A DNA stretch of 64,000 bases from contig OZ037767.1 in assembly GCA_964035545.1 (NCBI GenBank), positions 23,328,628-23,392,627 of the forward strand. Reading direction: 5' to 3'. Made by a program: the position numbers and the translations under genes. Under the pieces are notes generated by a model that worked only from the letters and a program-made list of their open reading frames with translations, was not told the DNA's origin and did no database searches. The stretch comes from Bugula neritina (lineage: Eukaryota > Animalia > Bryozoa). Positions 26,701-37,281 of this stretch are shown in pieces; the first letter of the stretch is position 1, and each line of letters begins with the position of its first letter.

Positions 26701-29700
26701 TCCCCTACAGTCACTGGAAACCCTCAACACATTGAGATTGTATATCCCACTCAAACATACTGCGATGACAAGAAGTCAAAGATTCGTTCGGTGATAAAGT
26801 TTACTTGTGGAAGTGGCATGGTGAGTTCCCGAGTATTATATACCAGCACTATCCTAGTTATTCACTTTGGCTATCTTTTTAATATGTCTTGAAATTGACA
26901 CATAATATACTTTAAGTAAACTGCACCATGTATGGAGTACACTATAACTTTAGTATACTGTAAGTGTAATATACTCTAAGTGTAATATACTGTAAGTGTA
27001 ATATACTGTAAGTGTAATATACTGTAAGTGTAATATACTGTAAGTGTAATATACTGTAAGTGTAATATACTGTAAGTGTAGTATACTGTAAGTGTAGTAT
27101 ACTGTGAGTATAGTACATTGTAATTATAGTATACTGTAAATGTAGTATAGTGTAAGTAAAGTATACTGTAAATGTAGTATAGTGTAAGTAAAGTACACTG
27201 TATGTATAGTATAGTGTAGGTATAGTATACAATCAAACAAATCTACATGACGTGCCTTTATTCATGGTTTATACAGTAACATCCCTATTCACTGCCTTGC
27301 AGAATGATCCGGAACTGGTGTCATCTGATGGATGCACGTATGAATTCAAGTGGGAGACCTCCCTGGTCTGTCCCCACACCTCTAAACCCACTCCAACCAC
27401 TGGCTGCTTCTTCACCAAACCTTCCATTAACAAGATTGTTGATCTCTCCATCTTCACTAAAAAACTTTACAAGGTAATCATGTTACACCACACGTTTCAC
27501 TAGTTACAAGTTAATCATGTCACGTTTCACTAGTTACATGGTAACTATGTCACATGTCACGCCTCACTAGTTGCAAGGTAGCTATGTCACTTGTCACGCT
27601 TCAATAGTTACAAGGTAACTATGCCAGCTGCATTGGCTCATAATATTAGAGTTGTTATCATGTCTGTTGTTAGTATTGAAACATATAGTTAGGTGTTTGA
27701 AACAGGAAATTTAAATTTGATATATAAACTGAGTGGCAAATAAGCAGCTTTTTGGGTTAATTATCTACTTGTGAAGTGCTAATAGAGTAAATAATATTCT
27801 CCGGAATATTATTTACCCATCAGCTACCCTTTTGTGATATTAGAGTTATAATCTCTATCAAAACATTATCCTAAGATTATGTCAATCATTGCACACTTAC
27901 ATCTGTACATTCACGTGACCAGATGTTATTTGATATTGAAGGCAGGGAACTACAGCATCAAGGTCTGTTCCAGCCTATCAGAAAGTGAGTTAAGTGGTTG
28001 TTCAGCTGGTACTGCTGTCTGTAAGGGGGCCGTATCATCCGGCAGCGCGACTGACTATAAAATATATGAAGAGTTTGGTAACATCAGGCTGGAATATGAC
28101 AATGGGCAATCCTGTCGAGAAGATGACAGCAGCTGTGAGTATTCTCTCTAAACTAGCATCTTGAAGTGTAATCATGCACTGACCGTCAGTGGTCGGGCAT
28201 GGAAACACAACCTTGTGCATTGCAAATTACAAGTCTCCCATTAAATTTGCATCGGTTACAATTTTTAATCCCATCTAAACTAGTAGCCTGGTTCTGTCAC
28301 AGTTTACAAACATCTTATTCTAGTTGATATCTCATAGGTTTCTGTCTTAACCAATTGATGTTTACTTTGGGTGGCAATAACTCTCTGCATAACATGCTAG
28401 GAGGAATATTCTTCTGATTTCCTGAAAAGCTGTTGCAGGACAAACATGTCTATAGTATAGTAACCCTTAGAGATAATCTAGCTCTGTGAGCCCAAGATAA
28501 CATTCTATTGATGTAACCTGTTCTATGCATATAATATTGGTTGAACTGCTTTTTTCAGCTGGAACTAGGAAATCCATCATTGAGTTTAGGTGCAATAAAA
28601 CAGCAGGTGAAGGACAACCTATATATCTACCAACACCAAAGAGGTAAGATTGAGGTCACTAAATTATTCAGTCTGTACTTGTCAATAAACAAGTTACTAG
28701 TAAAAGTGCTGCCTCATTTCGCTGCCATTGGTCTTGTTAAATTCTTTCTGTAAATGTTTGTTTTTTCTTTCAGATGATGCAATGTGAATTATTTCAATAA
28801 AATAATTCTGCTAATATTCTGCTACTGGTTTTGTTTCTGTTGCAGATGTGTGGATAGATTCTCCTGGGAAACCAGTTACGTCTGCGTTGAAGATTGTGAA
28901 TTAAACTACAAGGGAAATGTTTTCAACTTTCAGCATCTCTCCTCTGTTTACAAACCTGTGACAGTTACAGCAGATGGATATGAGTACGTCTTTATTCTAG
29001 CATCATATGTCTTTAATAAATGGATGTGAATTGTTTTTGAACGTAGCTAAACAGATATGAATCTGTGTTAATGTTTTATAAAAATATTGTAGTTGTAATG
29101 AATGAATTCGTAACAATAATTTGGCCTTTCTTTGGTAAATCACACGTTTGCAGTGTTGGTATTTCTTTAAATAATCTAGTTAAATGTTTTGATTGGTCGG
29201 CTAACTTATATCAGCTATAGAGAGCTTCTTCTCTATTGTTAGTGTTGCTATTTCATGTCTTGTTTCTGTATAAAAATTAAACTAAGAATGACTTTTTCTA
29301 ATTAATTGTGGCCATTTCTGGGCTCTGTTTTGAAATCGGTTATTCTACGTGTGTTTTTAATTGTTTGCTTCCAAATGTATGGGTCAGCTTTTAGTGTTAA
29401 GAGACATTGCCATGTTGGTAGGGAATATTTAATTTTAACTTGATTTTATGATAATCATATTTGCAGATTTACTATGGACCTCTGTAAAAGTTTGAAAGCT
29501 GAACATAAATGTGGGAATTACACAAACATATGCGCCAAATCATCAGACGGTACCATTCATCCAATAGCTCTCACAAACACATTTGAACCACAGTACCAGC
29601 CTGGTGGGTATTGTAGTAACAGTGATAATCGCAGTGGTAGTAGTCGAAGTAATAGTGATAGTAGAGTAGTGGTAATAGCAATAGTAATTGTAGTAGCAGA

Positions 29701-31848
29701 AGTAGTGATAGTAGCAGTAGTGGTGGTAGTAGTAGTAGTAGTAGTGTTCGTAGTGTTGTGGTAGTAGTGATTGTTTTAGTGAATGCTGTAATGAGTTCTA
29801 TGTATTGATAAAACTCTATATAGTTTGGTATTCAATTGTTCAGTTCTATATTATACCCTATATTATATCATGTTTAATTGACCTTGAACTTACCAACTGT
29901 TTATAATGTAGAAAACAAGACTGTGCTCTTGAAATATTCGTACTCAGATGAGAAGAGTCCAGCTAACAACAAGCAAGTTAACATCAGACTGGTTTGTAAT
30001 GGGACGCTGGACACCGGCTCACCAACATTCGTCAGCAAAACTGACAGCACTTACAACTTTAAGGTGCCTGAATAATTAATCTTCATAATTAAATTAATTA
30101 ATATAAATAATTAATAAATAATTTGCATTTTACTTTCGTAGCACATTTCAATATGAACAGGAGTTACTTTTATTTATCATGAAAGCTAGTTATCTGAAAA
30201 CGCCAGTTTCCTGTACCTGAGCAGCAAAGTGTATGTTTAACAACTGCAAGCTGATCTATCTTTGTAATTGTACTCAATAACTCACCATCGAGTCTGGGTA
30301 TTTCAGCTTAGCGACACGTCCACTTAGATTATTACAGCTAGTTGCTAACACTGATTCATAATATATGGTGTTTGTTGTAGTGGGTTACATATGTGGCATG
30401 CTTGGATGAAGACTTGCATGAAGTTTCACTCGGTGTCAGTTTGTTCAAAAGTCTGCATAAGTCTACCAACTCTCCTCTCTCCAGAAAGTATGTTAACACA
30501 CTTGTGTTTATTCTATTAGCTTTGAGTATTTAATTTTACATGTTATATATATATCTTCTGTTTCTATACTCTTGGTGTTTATTGCATCAGTCATGGATGG
30601 TTGTTACAGAGTTGTTTAGAATGAACCATTGTTTTAGTGTGGTTATAACCGGAGATCAAACTGAATACAAGTATTACATCTCACTGGGCGCTCCACTTCA
30701 CGATATCCCAGAACTCTCACAGGAATGTCTAGACGGGAATACAACTGTCTGTCAATATAAACATGAAAACAAATTTGAAAGGCCAATTGGGACACAGGCA
30801 GCCAAGTATTATGCTAATGGTAAGTACGCTGACAGAACATTGTTTCTTTGGGAAAAAAATGTGATTTATAGAACTTCACTATTCTACCTGCTACTTGTTT
30901 CACTGATTCATTGATATTATGATAATATAAGTGACTACTCTTGTTTGTCGTTTGCCTGGTTCCAATGGATATTCTGATGTATTTACAGAGAACCAGTTAC
31001 AGATGATTATCAGTTCGAAGAGTAAGTGTGGAAGAGTTGGCTCTGATACCGTCACCTCACTCATCAACTTCAAGTGTGATTCGTCAGCGTCGGAAGGTCT
31101 GTTGGATAGTGTGTCTATTTTGCAGAGTAATCGTGATGTAATACAGAAAGCTGAGCATGTTTGTTAACCAGAAGCATCTAAAAAGATTGTGTAAAATTTA
31201 CTCTTCAAAGCCTTCATCCCTTTAGAACCATTTATAGTAAAAAAGAATTTAAGTAGGCTATATGGCAATATGGTTTAGGTACTTCCAAAGTAGCATAGCA
31301 ACAATTCTGATTGTGTGCTCTAATTACTAATCATCTTTCGAACCCATGATCTTGGGTATTTGTATTGTATTAGATCAACCCTACCTGCTAGACCACAGCT
31401 GGTACAGTTTACAGAACACAGTATGTAGTGTATAGACACAGGTGTAGGTTGTGCTAATCTTACTCACACAGCCATGTGTTCATCTTGTATTTGTTGTATT
31501 GTTTCAGACTCTCTACCTGTAAATACAAATGAGATGGCTTCTTGTCGCTACCTGTTTGAGTGGAGCTTACCCCAACTCTGCGAGCCTCTGTCCAGTGCTG
31601 CTGGTGGTACTCAGTCTAAAGGATTGTCACCCGGCGTCACAGCAGTCATTGTTATAATAGTTTTGGCATCTGTTATATCTCTAGCAACACTCATAGTCTG
31701 TAGACTGAAGAAAAGGAGGAGATACAATGGGCCAGTAGGCTATGATCCACTTAGCACTGATGATGACACAACCGGATTGATTACTGCTGTAAAGGGGCGT
31801 GCGCCAAGGCTATATCATGATGACGATGACGATGATCTTCTTATCTAG
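221..31848 (+). CDS. IGF2R: Cation-independent mannose-6-phosphate receptor (CI-MPR/MPR300/IGF2R-like), 5'-partial, ~1870 aa within window
   Basis: 36 GT-AG exons joining in one frame: 221-339, 762-1002, 1457-1623, 2345-2504, 2926-3112, 3482-3585, 4658-4796, 5157-5310, 5614-5775, 5881-6078, 6898-7033, 7354-7528, 11097-11206, 11843-11959, 12723-12880, 13283-13363, 13815-13938, 21705-21767, 22542-22695, 23067-23258, 23681-23837, 24257-24374, 24899-25097, 25798-26011, 26348-26578, 26680-26820, 27303-27473, 27942-28134, 28559-28643, 28846-28983, 29467-29603, 29912-30063, 30381-30487, 30638-30819, 30989-31096, 31508-31848. Repeated MRH/CIMR domains (C..YDLSxL..YxxNIC..CxYxFxWxTxxAC); domain-3 signature CSSGFQR..GETDCTY; one TM helix, basic stop-transfer RLKKRRR, YDPL (YxxPhi) and C-terminal HDDDDDDLLI (DXXLL GGA-binding motif). 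N-terminus lies upstream of the window. Confidence 0.93.
1721..1978. mobile_element. MITE with ~54-bp imperfect terminal inverted repeats (possibly PIF/Harbinger-related)
   Basis: 1721-1774 acccctcattcacactcaccgtatcgtaggctgtaacagcaaatatcagccatt matches the reverse complement of 1924-1978 (acccccttattcacactcaccgtaccgtagggcgaaacgtaaaatatcagccatt). No coding capacity. TSD unclear (tta/ttt), so superfamily is tentative. Confidence 0.8.
2528..2866. repeat. Compound trinucleotide microsatellite (CTA/CTG/CCA)n, intronic
   Basis: Runs of actactact/gctgctgct/accacc in CI-MPR intron 2505-2925; source of the poly-Thr, poly-Leu and poly-Val ORFs in the track. Confidence 0.95.
3314..3470. repeat. (GT/AT)n dinucleotide microsatellite
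   Basis: tgtgtgtatg/atatatgtgt runs in intron 3113-3481. Confidence 0.9.
4122..4270. repeat. ~31-bp minisatellite, ~5 copies
   Basis: gaacaatgtaga recurs at 4123, 4161, 4192, 4223, 4254. Confidence 0.85.
6055..6548 (+). repeat. 38-bp minisatellite x13 spanning an exon/intron junction
   Basis: Unit acatctgatgacacacagtataag|gtgagttagtgagc; donor GT at 6079, 6117, 6155 ... 6535 (period 38). The first copy is the real exon end. Confidence 0.95.
7067..7250. repeat. (GTA/GCA)n trinucleotide repeat, intronic
   Basis: gtagtagtagcagcagta runs in intron 7034-7353. Confidence 0.9.
7617..10757. mobile_element. ~3.1-kb TIR-bounded, apparently non-autonomous DNA transposon inserted at TA
   Basis: Left atatgtgaccagtcgcgacaaaaccggggatgt (7614-7646) vs reverse complement of right end atatgtgacctggcaccacaaaacaagggatgt (10728-10760): 27/33 identical. 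TGTGAC...GTCACA termini flanked by TA on both sides. Fills most of intron 7529-11096; no intact transposase ORF. Confidence 0.7.
13955..14186. repeat. TA/CA-rich low-complexity repeat
   Basis: atatacacatatatt-type degenerate repeats just after the donor at 13939. Confidence 0.85.
15400..15831 (+). promoter_or_regulatory. Putative internal promoter and non-coding 5' exon of the nested GPCR
   Basis: Local CpG cluster with tgacgtc (CRE-like, ~15416), cacgtg and two ccaat boxes. Consensus donor G|GTAAGT at 15831/15832 could join the acceptor at 16710/16711, 15 nt before the GPCR ATG. Inference only. Confidence 0.4.
16726..20980 (+). CDS. Class A (rhodopsin-like) orphan GPCR, 366 aa, nested in CI-MPR intron 13939-21704
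   Basis: Exons 16726-16886, 17680-17871, 18583-18730, 19106-19253, 20144-20320, 20706-20980 (1101 nt, open). N-terminal NET glycosylation site; TM1 GNFLV; TM2 NLSLVD; TM3 C..ASIHTLMYMAVYRY; TM4 W; ECL2 Cys; TM5 FILPL..SY; TM6 FIICWTP; TM7 WFSYFNSAINPFIY; helix 8 followed by CGC. Confidence 0.93.
16935..17155. repeat. Degenerate 36-bp/15-bp minisatellite in GPCR intron 1
   Basis: gtagctgtagtaggtatacatgtatctgtagtaagt and gtagctgtagtaggg units. Confidence 0.85.
19424..19682. repeat. 17-bp minisatellite, ~15 copies
   Basis: Unit gtactagtaacttggta, near-perfect, in GPCR intron 19254-20143. Confidence 0.95.
22764..22925. mobile_element. Short CACTA/EnSpm(CMC)-like non-autonomous element
   Basis: TIRs cactgcctttcca / tggaaatgcagtg (12/13 match), 3-bp TSD ata on both sides, internal hairpin tttcattcgatg...catcgaatgaaa. 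Confidence 0.65.
24624..24823. mobile_element. Tc1/mariner(pogo/Tigger)-type MITE
   Basis: TA|cagtgctccctctgtatctcac ... gtgagatatggagggagcaatg|TA: ~22-bp imperfect TIR with TA target duplication. Confidence 0.75.
25112..25584. repeat. 9-bp degenerate minisatellite (tatactctg/tctacactg)n
   Basis: Directly visible after the donor at 25098; gives the YTVYSV and DRVYSV pseudo-ORFs. Confidence 0.95.
26954..27230. repeat. 16-bp minisatellite (atactgtaagtgtaat)n
   Basis: Near-perfect to ~27100, then degenerating. Confidence 0.9.
27467..27623 (+). repeat. Degenerate ~37-bp repeat starting at an exon/intron junction, ~5 copies
   Basis: ttacaag|gtaatcatgt...cactag recurs at 27467, 27504, 27534, 27571, 27608. 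Confidence 0.75.
29613..29768. repeat. (GTA)n-type degenerate trinucleotide repeat, intronic
   Basis: agtagtggtagtagta runs after the donor at 29604. Confidence 0.85.
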
Positions 31849-31890
31849 ACAAATGCTGTCGGCCATTAGGCTACCCATCACTTAATATAT

Positions 31891-32030
31891 AATGACATTG
31901 TATAAATGTGTTAACACTGTATAACATGTGTTGACATATAGTAATCCTGGAATATTTTATGACATGTGTTGACACTGTGTGACATGTTTTGACACCGTGT
32001 GACATGTGTTGACATTGTGTGACATATGTT
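31891..32030 (+). repeat. 10/20-bp degenerate repeat in the CI-MPR 3' UTR
   Basis: tgacatgtgt-tgacactgtg units. Confidence 0.75.
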
Positions 32031-33405
32031 GTATAATGCTCAGATAATCCAATTAGCTGAAGTGCATCTGTGCACATTAAAGATTTGCAATATACAGTTA
32101 CTCAGTGCAGTTTTTAATTTAAGCCATTGTTGAGACCAATTCTGTAAACTATGTTTATATTTTTTATTGCTGTTCTATTTTCACATTCCCGGTTATGGGT
32201 TTGTTTCCATATGGAAGTTCTAAGTTTGAATATTGCTACTAAGTTATTCTTTATTTTATTATTATATTTGTATTACTACAAGGTCTGTTATAGAACAAGT
32301 ATATATGTAAGTCCATTCCAGTTTATGTAGTATAGTTTGCAGTTGAAGCTTTATGCTCAAATTTTTCATTGTTTTTTGGTAGAGCTGTTCCAAATCTCTT
32401 TGCAGTAATTTTTATTAGAAAAAGTTTGTTTGTAACAGAAAGTTATAGCATACACTTTATATTGCGAAAGTTTCTCTTGCATTTGCAGATCCAAACAGGA
32501 ATAGGATTTTTTTACCTCCTGGATTTGTCTATTATGCTGTCTGGTATGCAATATATAATAAATAATATAATATGAAATATAAATTTATTTTAGCTCTAAA
32601 AGTTTTAACATAGATAACAGGGTTATTATAGTCTGCAGTGCTTACCACTTGTGGTGTCATCAAATTGTTATTAGGAGGTATGGAAGATAGTTCGATAATA
32701 ATTAAATAGCAGAAATAATTCATCTCAACAACTCCGGTTGTACAAATATCTTTCTGGTATTGCCCAACTGAACTCTGCTTATCGGCTATAGTAGATTTGT
32801 TTTAGGAGTTGTCCCCTGTTATATAAATGCATAACTATTGCTAATTTGAAAAAGTGCTTTAAAAATCTCATGTTCTGTGTTTATTAGCTCAAACTTTAAA
32901 AAATGCATGCCTCCCAATATCTGAAAGTCTAAAAGTTGCGCATTAAGAATATAATATAGTGCGCTATAAAATATTATATATGATGCAACAGGGTAGAGCC
33001 AGTATGATCTATTATCAACTTATGAACTTTAACCCTTTGGGCAGAGCTACTGGCATTTCTATAATGGTGCGTTTGACTCTCAATTTGAGAAAACTTAGAG
33101 CCAACTCTTCGATTTTTCTACAATGGGACACATTTCAAAAAAACTTAAATAGAGAAAGATATTTTGAAAAAAATATTACTGGTTTATAATAATTATGTCA
33201 TACATTGTAGCTTCGAAAAAACTGCCATAGCAAAAGCACTACAAGTTTGTTTTAAATTATGTTTCATGCAGATAATTATTTCAATTCGAAGTTTTTTATT
33301 TTATTGTAAAAATATAATAGTTGGTGTAGAAAAATTTAAACACCTGTATGTCTTGTGTTTTTGCAAGATTAGGCGGAAACAGTGATGCTTAGGAATTCGT
33401 AAACT

Positions 33406-36400
33406 ATGGCGGTTGATGCTTCACAACCACGCTATGACGTATCAGGGACAGATGGAGCTGAAAAAGTGAAAATAATATGCCTTGGAGACAGTGCTGTTGG
33501 AAAATCAAAGTAATTGATGCGTAAAATTTTTAATTATAATAATTTTGTGTTGATTGATTTGTATTACTCTGAAATACACATGTGAAAGTAAATCAAATTG
33601 AGATTTCACTCCTAGTCCTACCTTTGAGTTTGATTGGTTTCAGTTTGAGTTTGTCTAAACTAATCTATACTCAAACTCTGTAATAATACAGTATACTAAT
33701 ACTGACAACAATGGTTTTTAAAATCAGTCTTTATCTTTTAGACGTTACATTGTTGTTCAGCTATATGTCTATGATTACGTATAGGCTATAGCTATGTGTT
33801 AAAGTGTTATCATTATCATTATTATTATAGTTATAATTATTATAATATGGTTGTTAAATGATCATTATAAACATTAAATGTAATAATGGATATGACTACG
33901 ATAGTCAATATGATGATCATAACACTAATAGTAATAGTAATGAACACATCAACATGGTAATTCTAATGAATATGATAATCATTATGAGCATATTTTCTTA
34001 TTAACATTGAGTCTGATTCATAAATAGATTTGGCAGCTAGAAGTAACTTCCTCTTTTACTTTTACAATTAATGATTTTTGCTTTTTATTGTAGTGATTGA
34101 ATTTTGTATTTCCTTATTAATAGTAATGAAAAATCATAAATTGGTTGTTTATAATCATATTGTAATAATTTTAATTTTATGCCCATGGCAACAATGTGGA
34201 TTGGCCTTTAAGAGTTAATAATTTATAAATGATAATATTGTGATTTCGGTGTTATAATCAGAATGATTTTTAACAGAAATATGTGTAAATGCTTATTATT
34301 ATCGATTAGGGTAGTATGGTGATTGGATAAAGTTTTAATAGCAGAATTTACTCTTAAGTGAGTGAATTTAATGTTTAATTTTTAACAAGCTTGTTTTGTT
34401 TTCTAAATAAATTTTCATGTACCTGCTTTTCATGTATAGTTCATACTTCACATATAATTACTTATATACTGTGCATATGCATATCTTACAAATACTTATT
34501 ACATAATTATATTTAATTTTTTATGTTTGTATGAATAAGTTATTTGTTATTGCAATGTTTTTAGGCTGGTTGAACGCTTTCTTATGGACGGATAGTATCC
34601 TTTTCTAGATAATAATTGTATTTCATAATAACAAGTATTTTAATTATAAATTTACATGTCAAGCAAAATGCTGGTTTAGCTGTGTAACTAAAAGCATGAA
34701 ATCGTTTCGCTGTGGAATTTACAGTTTTTTTTATCATACTGAACATTTTTCATTGGGTATATTCCTTTAACATTTAACTGTGGTGGAACAGAAGCTAACG
34801 TGGCCTAAACTCGAAAAAAAGGCTTCAATTATGATATTTTGTTTCTAATTTTTAGCACTAGAGAAATGTATTTGGCAACATTATGTGAAACCTGTAAACA
34901 ATTTACAGAGTATGTTGTTAAATTTCTTGATTGACCTCTTGCTGAAATAAATGATATCTGCATATGGTGAAGCTTTGTTTTTCTATTCTACCAAAGTAGT
35001 GGATTATCTGTAATGGCGCTATGTTTTCCTTAGTTTTATGTGTAACAGTAAACCGCAACAACTTAGTACATATGCACTAACTTTATTTAGCTATGACACT
35101 GAAGTAGATGGGGAGAAAGTGCAAGTTGGTAAGTTTGACAACTTATCTTATATCTGTATTCTTGCAAAATTGAAAATATTTTTGACAAGGGGATTATAGA
35201 TAATTCTATTACAGAGCTCCTGATACTGTAGATGCCCAATGCTATATATTAAACACAACCTTGCTGTTCTTATTGTGTTCTTGAATTTTATTCATTAAGT
35301 TTAATATGTTAAGCTTTCCTATTAATATTTACTTAGATTTCTGGGATACAGCTGGACAAGAAAGATTCAATAGTATGCATCCATCTTATTATCACCAGGC
35401 TCATGCCTGTATAATAGTAAGTGGGTTTATTGTAATTCACATACACGCAAAGCTATGTGTTTTTGTAGTAAATACTGATAGCCGCTAACTAGCATAACTA
35501 GATCAATAATTATTGGTATTAGAAAATGTATAACTCGATTTTTTAAATTGAGTATAAAAGTCACTTGTATTTCTAGAAGCATTTACTTTACACAAAAAGT
35601 TGACTAATTCACCCTTATGTAGTACCAAAGGCTTTTCTATCAGAGGATTGTGTTTAAAACCTGCAATTTTAGCTGCAAATATCGATGATGATTGATTTAA
35701 TTTTTTTTGTACCCTTGAAATAACAACTCACTGTTCTGCAGCAGAATTTTTACTGGTGTCTACTTTTTAAAATGTTTTAGGCATGCCTGTTTTTTACAAA
35801 TTCCAATAACAGTAGTGAATTTGGGAGTTGTCTTTTAAGTCGAGACTGGAGATGTGATGGGTCATTGGCATCTTTACAATGTATTGGCTTAATATGCAAT
35901 TTTTTACTTTTCATATTTCAGCAAGTATGATGACTGAAAGTTTGACTTTTAGGCAGCTCTGTGTTGTTGAATATCGAATATGATTTAGAAGCCCGAAGTA
36001 TATTTTTAGGCATTTGATGTAACGAGGAAGGTGACATATCGTAACTTGCCACAGTGGTATAAAGAACTGCGGGAATACAGACCCAATATACCTTGTATTT
36101 GTGCTGCCAATAAAATAGATGGTTAGTTTGAATAAGTTTTTATTTGCACTAATTCAATTGTTCATATTCAACTTACGAGTGGGCCCTGTGATAGAACTGT
36201 AGAGGTGCTGAAATGTTACATTTATTGTCTTATTAAGACAATAGTGAGCAGTATGACAATGTGGATTGAGACATAGACGAGGGAAAATGGTGCTACATGT
36301 ATAGTATGATCATTTAACATGTTTTACTATGATAGAAAATAACGTGAAGATATCTTGGTTTGTGCCAATCCATCACCAATTTCACTACGCATAGACAAGT

Positions 36401-37281
36401 GTGGGGAAACCCTACTGAATAAACTTAGTATAATAAGTATATCACAGAGTAGAGCTCATACCTTGCCGTAAATCCCAGAATTATGGTGCAACAACCTCTT
36501 TTACTTAATAAATTGGTTACATGATAGATAAGAATAGTGTTTTATTTCTAGTAATAACTCCTACTTATTTACAGTAGCAAAAGACAGATATTTTGTTATA
36601 TATATTTGCAGTTGACTATAGCATAACTAAAAAAGCATTCGGGTTTCCCTCAAAGAACAACATGCCTTTCTTTTTTGTATCAGCTAGTGACGGGACAAAT
36701 GTGGTGAAGGTAATTGTGCATATTAATCTGTGTGTTTATTTTAAAACTTTCTATAAAAAACACTTTTAGTAACTGTTTTGTTTTACCTTACCCCTAATGA
36801 TGAATTTTTTATTCCCTTGTTTTTAAGAAACATCCAAGTTTAGTAGCATTCTTGGAGTTTTATAAAGCAGACATACTATCAAGTTGATGGATATTGTTAC
36901 AGCTCTTCAGGGAGGCCATTGCTGCTGCAGTCAAATATAAGAAAAGTGGAGAAGTTGACTTTATTGATGAAATAATGAATGAGTTAGAGGTGTGTTGATA
37001 TATTTCTTTCTTTATTTCCGATATACTTATTTACAATAATGAAAAAGAAAATGTCCTAAAGCTATATTTCAATGTTTGATCCTAATATTATTACGATATT
37101 GACCGATTCAAGTTAGTTAGCCGTATCTGCGCTAGCAATCTTTCCTCAAAAAATTTTTCATTTCTTTTCATTCAAATTACTGTTCGCTGTTTTTATGAGG
37201 AATAAAATTGTATTTTTCATTCGTTAGGCATTTGATTTGGAAGAGATGACGGCGTCAAATGGAAATGCAGGAGCTTCATAG
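33406..37281 (+). CDS. RABL2: Rab-like protein 2 (ciliary small GTPase), 214 aa
   Basis: Exons 33406-33509, 34565-34594, 35049-35128, 35337-35416, 36010-36121, 36612-36709, 36903-36989, 37228-37281 (645 nt). KIICLGDSAVGKSKLVERFLMDGYKPQQLSTYALTL, DFWDTAGQERFNSMHPSYYH, NKID, FVSASDGTNVVK; no C-terminal prenylation motif, as in RABL2. Confidence 0.93.
34595..35048 (+). other. U12-type (minor spliceosome) GT-AG intron in RABL2
   Basis: 5' splice site GTATCCTTTT at 34595; branch-point-like TTTTCCTTAG at 35024-35033, just upstream of the CAG acceptor at 35046-35048; no long pyrimidine tract. Confidence 0.85.

Noticed and set aside
24832-27236. Repeat-peptide ORFs (DRVYSV, YTVYSV, YYTYSILHLQ)
   Set aside because: Frames of intronic 9-bp and 16-bp satellites.
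33029-34218. piggyBac-like TTAACCC start
   Set aside because: No matching inverted terminus, and the interval contains RABL2 exon 1.
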